Shown here: one piece after another, positions 59,909 through 64,000 of the stretch
Position numbering within the stretch: the first letter of the stretch is position 1
Layout of the letters: each line of letters begins with the position of its first letter
Assembly (NCBI RefSeq): GCF_963921235.1
Contig: NC_086097.1
Location: forward strand, 218,428,001-218,492,000
DNA length: 64,000 bases
From: Mobula hypostoma
Lineage: Eukaryota
Direction: 5' to 3'
The notes under the pieces: model-generated
Database searches by the model: none
Told to the model about the DNA's origin: nothing
What the model saw: only the letters and a program-made list of their open reading frames with translations
Program-made: the position numbers and the translations under genes

Positions 59909-62900
59909 TCGTGTTAGGGAACTGGAGCTGCAGCTCGATGACCTTCGTCTGGTCAGGGAGAGTGAGGAGTTGACAGAGAGGAGTTACAGGCAGGTGGTTA
60001 CACCGGGACGACGGGAGGCAAACAAGTGGGTCACGGTTAGGAGGGGGAACGGAAAGAGTCAGGTACTAGAGAGTACCCCAGTAGCTGTGCCCCTTGACAA
60101 TAAGTACTCCTGTTTGAGTACTGTTGGGGAGGGACAGCTTACCTGAGGGAAGGAACAGTGGCCGTGCCTCTGGCACAGAGTTCGGCCCTGTAGCTCAGAA
60201 GGGTAGGGAAAGGAAGAGGAGGGCAGTAGTAAAAGGGGACTCAATAGTTAGGGGTTCAGATAGGTGATTCTGTGGACGCAGTCAGGAGACCCGGATGGTA
60301 GTTTGCCTCCCTGGTGCCAGGGTGCGGGATGTTTCTGATTGCATCCAAGATATCCTGAAGTGGGAGGGTGAGGAGCCAGAGGTCGTGGTACATATAGGTA
60401 CCAATGACATAGGTAGGAAAAGGGAAGAGGTCCTGAAAGGGGAATATAGGGAGTTAGGAAGGGAGTTGAGAAGAAGGACCGCAAAGGTAGTAATCTCGGG
60501 ATTACTGCCTGTGCCATGCGGCAGTGAGAGTATGAATGGAATGAGGTAGAGGATAAATGCGTGGCTGAGGGATTGGAGCAGGGGGCAAGGATTCAAGTTT
60601 CTGGATCATTGGGACCTCTTTTGGTGCAGGTGTGACCTGTACAAAAAAGATGGGTTGCACTTGAATCCTAGGGGGACCAATATCCTGGTGGGGAGATTTG
60701 CGAAGGCTACCGGGGAGACTTTAAACTAGAATGGTTGTGGGGTGGGAATCAAATTGAAGAGACTAGGAGAGAGTAGGTTAGTTCACAAATAAAGAAAGCT
60801 AGTAGACAGTGTGTGAGGGAGGATAGGCAGGGAACAGAGAACAGAAGCACTCAGACCGAAGATGTAGGGGAGAAGGAAGAAAAAGTTAACAAAGTTGTTT
60901 GCACCATTAGGGATAAACAGAGAGTACGAGGTGGAAAGTTTCTTAAATGCATCTATTTTAATGCTAGGAGCATTGTAAGAAAGGTGGATGAGCTTAGAGC
61001 ATGGATTGACACCTGGAAATATGATGTTGTAGCTATTAGTGAAACATGGTTGCAGGAGGGGTGTGATTGGCAACTAAATATTCCCGGATTTCGTTGCTTC
61101 AGGTGTGATAGAATCAGAGGGGCAAGAGGGGGAGGGGTTGCATTGCTTGTCAGAGAAAATATTACAGCGGTGCTTTGGCAGGGTAGATTAGAGGACTCAT
61201 CTAGGGAGGCTATTTGGGTGGAATTGAGGAATGGGAAAGGTGTAGTAACGCTTATAGGGGTGTATTATAGACCACCTAATGGGAAGCGAGAATTGGAGGA
61301 GCAAATTTGTAAGGAGATAGCAGATATTTGTAGTAAGCACAAGGTTGTGATTGTGGGAGATTTTAATTTCCACACATAGACTGGGAAGTCCATTCTGTAA
61401 AAGGGCTGGATGGTGTGGAGTTTGTCAAATGTGTGCAAGATAGTTTTTTGCAGCAATACATAGAGGTACCAACTAGAGAAAGGGCAGTGTTGGATCTCCT
61501 GTTAGGGAATGAGATAGGTCAGGTGACAGAGGTATGTGTTGGGGAGCACTTTGGGTCCAGTGATCACAATGTCATTAGTTTCAATTTAATTATGGAGAAG
61601 GATAGGATTGGACCCAGGGTTGAGATTTTTGATTGGAGAAAGGCTAACTTTGAGGATATGCGAAAAGATTTAGAAGGAGTGGACTGGGACAATTTGTCTT
61701 ATGGGAAGGATGTAATAGAGAAATGGAGGTCATTTCAAGGTGAAATTTTGAGGGTACAGAATCTTTATGTTTGTGTTAGGTTGAAAGGAAAGGTTAAAAG
61801 TTTGAGAGAGCCATGGTTTTCAAGGGATATTGGAAACTTGGTTCGGAAAAAGCGAGAGATCTACAATAAATATAGACAGCTTGGAGTAAATGAGGTGTTC
61901 GAGGAGTATAAAGAATATAAAAAGAATCTTAAGAAAGAAATTAGAAAAGCTACAAGAAGATATGAGGTTACTTTTGTAAGTAAGGTGAAAATAAATCCAA
62001 AGGGTTTCTACCGTTATATTAATAGCAAAAGGATAGTGAGGGATAAAATTGGTCTTTTAGAGAATCAGAGTGGACGGCTATGTGTGGAGCCAAAAGAGAT
62101 GGGGGAGATTTTGAACAATTTCTTCTCTTCGGTATTCACTAAGGAGAAGGATATTGAATTGTGTAAGGTAAGGAAAACAAGTAGGGTAGTTATGGAAACT
62201 ATGATGATTTAAGAAGAGGAAGTACTGGCGCTTTAAAGGAATATAAAAGTGGATAAGTCTCCGGTCCTGACTGGATATTCCCTAGGACCTTGAGGGAGGT
62301 TAATGTGGAAACAGCAGGGGCTCTGACAGAAATATTTCAAATGTCATTAGAAACGGGGATGGTGCCGGAGGATTGGTGTATTGTTCATGTTGTTCCATTG
62401 TTTGAAAAAGGGTTCTAAGAGTAAACCTAGCAATTATCAGCCTGTGAGTTTGATATCAGTAGTGGGTAAATTGATGGAAAGTATTCTTAGGAATGGTATA
62501 TATAATTATCTGGATAGACAGGGTCTGATTAGGAACAGTCAACATGGATTTGTGCGTGGAAAGTCATGTTTGACAAATCTTACTGAATTTTTTGAAGAGG
62601 TTACTAGGAAAGTTGATGAGGGTAAAGTGGTGGATGTTATCTATATGGACTTCAGTGAGACCTTTAACAAGGTTGCACACGGAAGGTTAGTTAGGATGGT
62701 TCAAACATTAGGCATTAATATCGAAGTAGTAAAATGGATTCAGCAGTGGCTGGACGGGAGATGCCAGAGAGTAGTGACGGATAACTGTTTGTTAGATTGG
62801 AGGCTGGTGACTAGTGGTGTGACTCAGGGATCTGTACTGGGTCCAATGCTGTTTGTCATATATATGACTGATCTGGATGATGGGGTGGTAAATTGGATTC

Positions 62901-63825
62901 GTAAATATGCAGATGATACTAAGATAGGTTGTGTTGTGGATAATGAAGTAGGTTTTCAAAGCTTGCAGAGAGACTTAGACAAGTTAGAAGAGTGGCCTGA
63001 AAGATGGCAGATGGAGTTTAATGCTGAAAAATGTGAGGTGCTACATTTTGGTAGGACTAATCAAAATAGGACATACATGGTAAATGGTTGAGCATTGAAG
63101 AATGCAGTAGAACAGAGGGATCTAGGAATAATGGTGCATAGTTCCCTAAAGGTGGAATCTCATGTGGATAGGGTGGTGAAGAAGGCTTTTGGTATGCTGG
63201 CCTTTATAAATCAGAGCATTGAGTATAGGAGTTGGGATGTAATGTTGAAATTGTACAAGGCATTGGTAAGGCCAAATTTGGTGTATTGTGTACAGTTGTG
63301 GTCACCAAATTATAGGAAAGATGTCAACAAAATAGGGAGAGTACAGAGAAGATTTACTAGAATGTTACCTGGGTTTCATCCCCTAAGTTACAGAGAGAGG
63401 TTGAATAAGTTGGGTCTTTATTCTTTGGAGCGTAGAAGGTTGAGAGGGGACTTGATAGAGGTATTTAAAGTTATGAGAGGGATAGATAGAGTTGACGTGG
63501 AAAGAGTTTTTCCATTGAGAGTGGGGGAGATTCAAACAAGAGGACATGAGTTGAGAGTTAAAGGGTAAAAGTTTAGGGGTAACATGAGGGGGAACTTCTT
63601 TACTCAGAGAGTGGTAGCAGTGTGGAACGAGCTTCCAGCAGAAGTGGTTGAGGCAGGTTCGATGTTGTCATTTAAAGTTAAATTGGACAGCTATATGGAC
63701 AGGAAAGGAATGGAGGGTTATGGGCTGAGTGCAAGTCGGTGGGACTAGTGAGAGTAAGAGTTCGTCACGGACTAGAAGGGCTGAGATGGCCTGTTTCCGT
63801 GCTGTAATTGTTATATGGTTATATA
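59909..63825 (+). mobile_element. Near-full-length CR1 LINE: ORF1 (SGNH esterase) plus ORF2 (APE and RT), disrupted
   Basis: ORF1 has GDSIV, VVHIGTND and DGLH. ORF2 has YFNARSI, AISETW, GVYYRPP, VGDFN, LDLLL, SDH, QHGFVRGKSC and YADD. Tail gttatatggttatat. Confidence 0.96.
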
Positions 63826-64000
63826 TCAAATCTTCTCAGACTCCTGATGAAGTATAGCTGAATATTAAGTATAGCTGCTGTCATGCCTTCTTTATGATTG
63901 CACCATTATGTTGGACTCAATACTGATCGTTCAGAATGTTGCCATCCAGGAACTTGAAGCAGCTCACTCTTTCAAGTGCTGATATCGACATTAGTCAATA

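Noticed and set aside
63843..63870. CTGATGA hammerhead-like core
   Set aside because: No stem II, GAAA and NUH follow. The context matches a minus-strand Rex1 coding fragment (compare 39580).
22556..64000. PREX2 exon 2 (expected AFLHRMN-like peptide)
   Set aside because: Not found by eye. It probably lies beyond the window, though a short diverged exon could have been missed.

Overview
Repeat-dense vertebrate genomic DNA. The repeat repertoire (CR1/HER1-like LINEs, HE1-like V-SINEs, Rex1/Babar, Penelope) suggests a cartilaginous fish, probably a ray; this is an inference. Two host genes start here head-to-head, as in human. CPA6 coding exon 1 lies on the minus strand (281-390, absent from the ORF track) and PREX2 coding exon 1 on the plus strand (22412-22555). 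The remaining ~41 kb appears to be PREX2 intron 1, with no exon 2 recognised. Most other sequence is transposon-derived and often nested: several CR1 families (one with ORF1+ORF2, one with an uninterrupted 534-aa RT ORF), Rex1/Babar copies, two restriction-like-endonuclease retrotransposons (Hero-like and R4/Dong-like), a full-length Buster-type hAT, several MITEs and tRNA-derived SINEs. The most notable observations are: minimal type I hammerhead-ribozyme motifs in Penelope-derived repeats, including a cluster of four just upstream of PREX2; a SINE family with one head and two alternative tails; a hAT derivative containing a self-contained 92-bp TIR-bounded module; and long inverted near-identical CR1 pairs in PREX2 intron 1. 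Repeat boundaries are read by eye and approximate unless TSD/TIR coordinates are given. Family names come from recalled motifs, not database searches.
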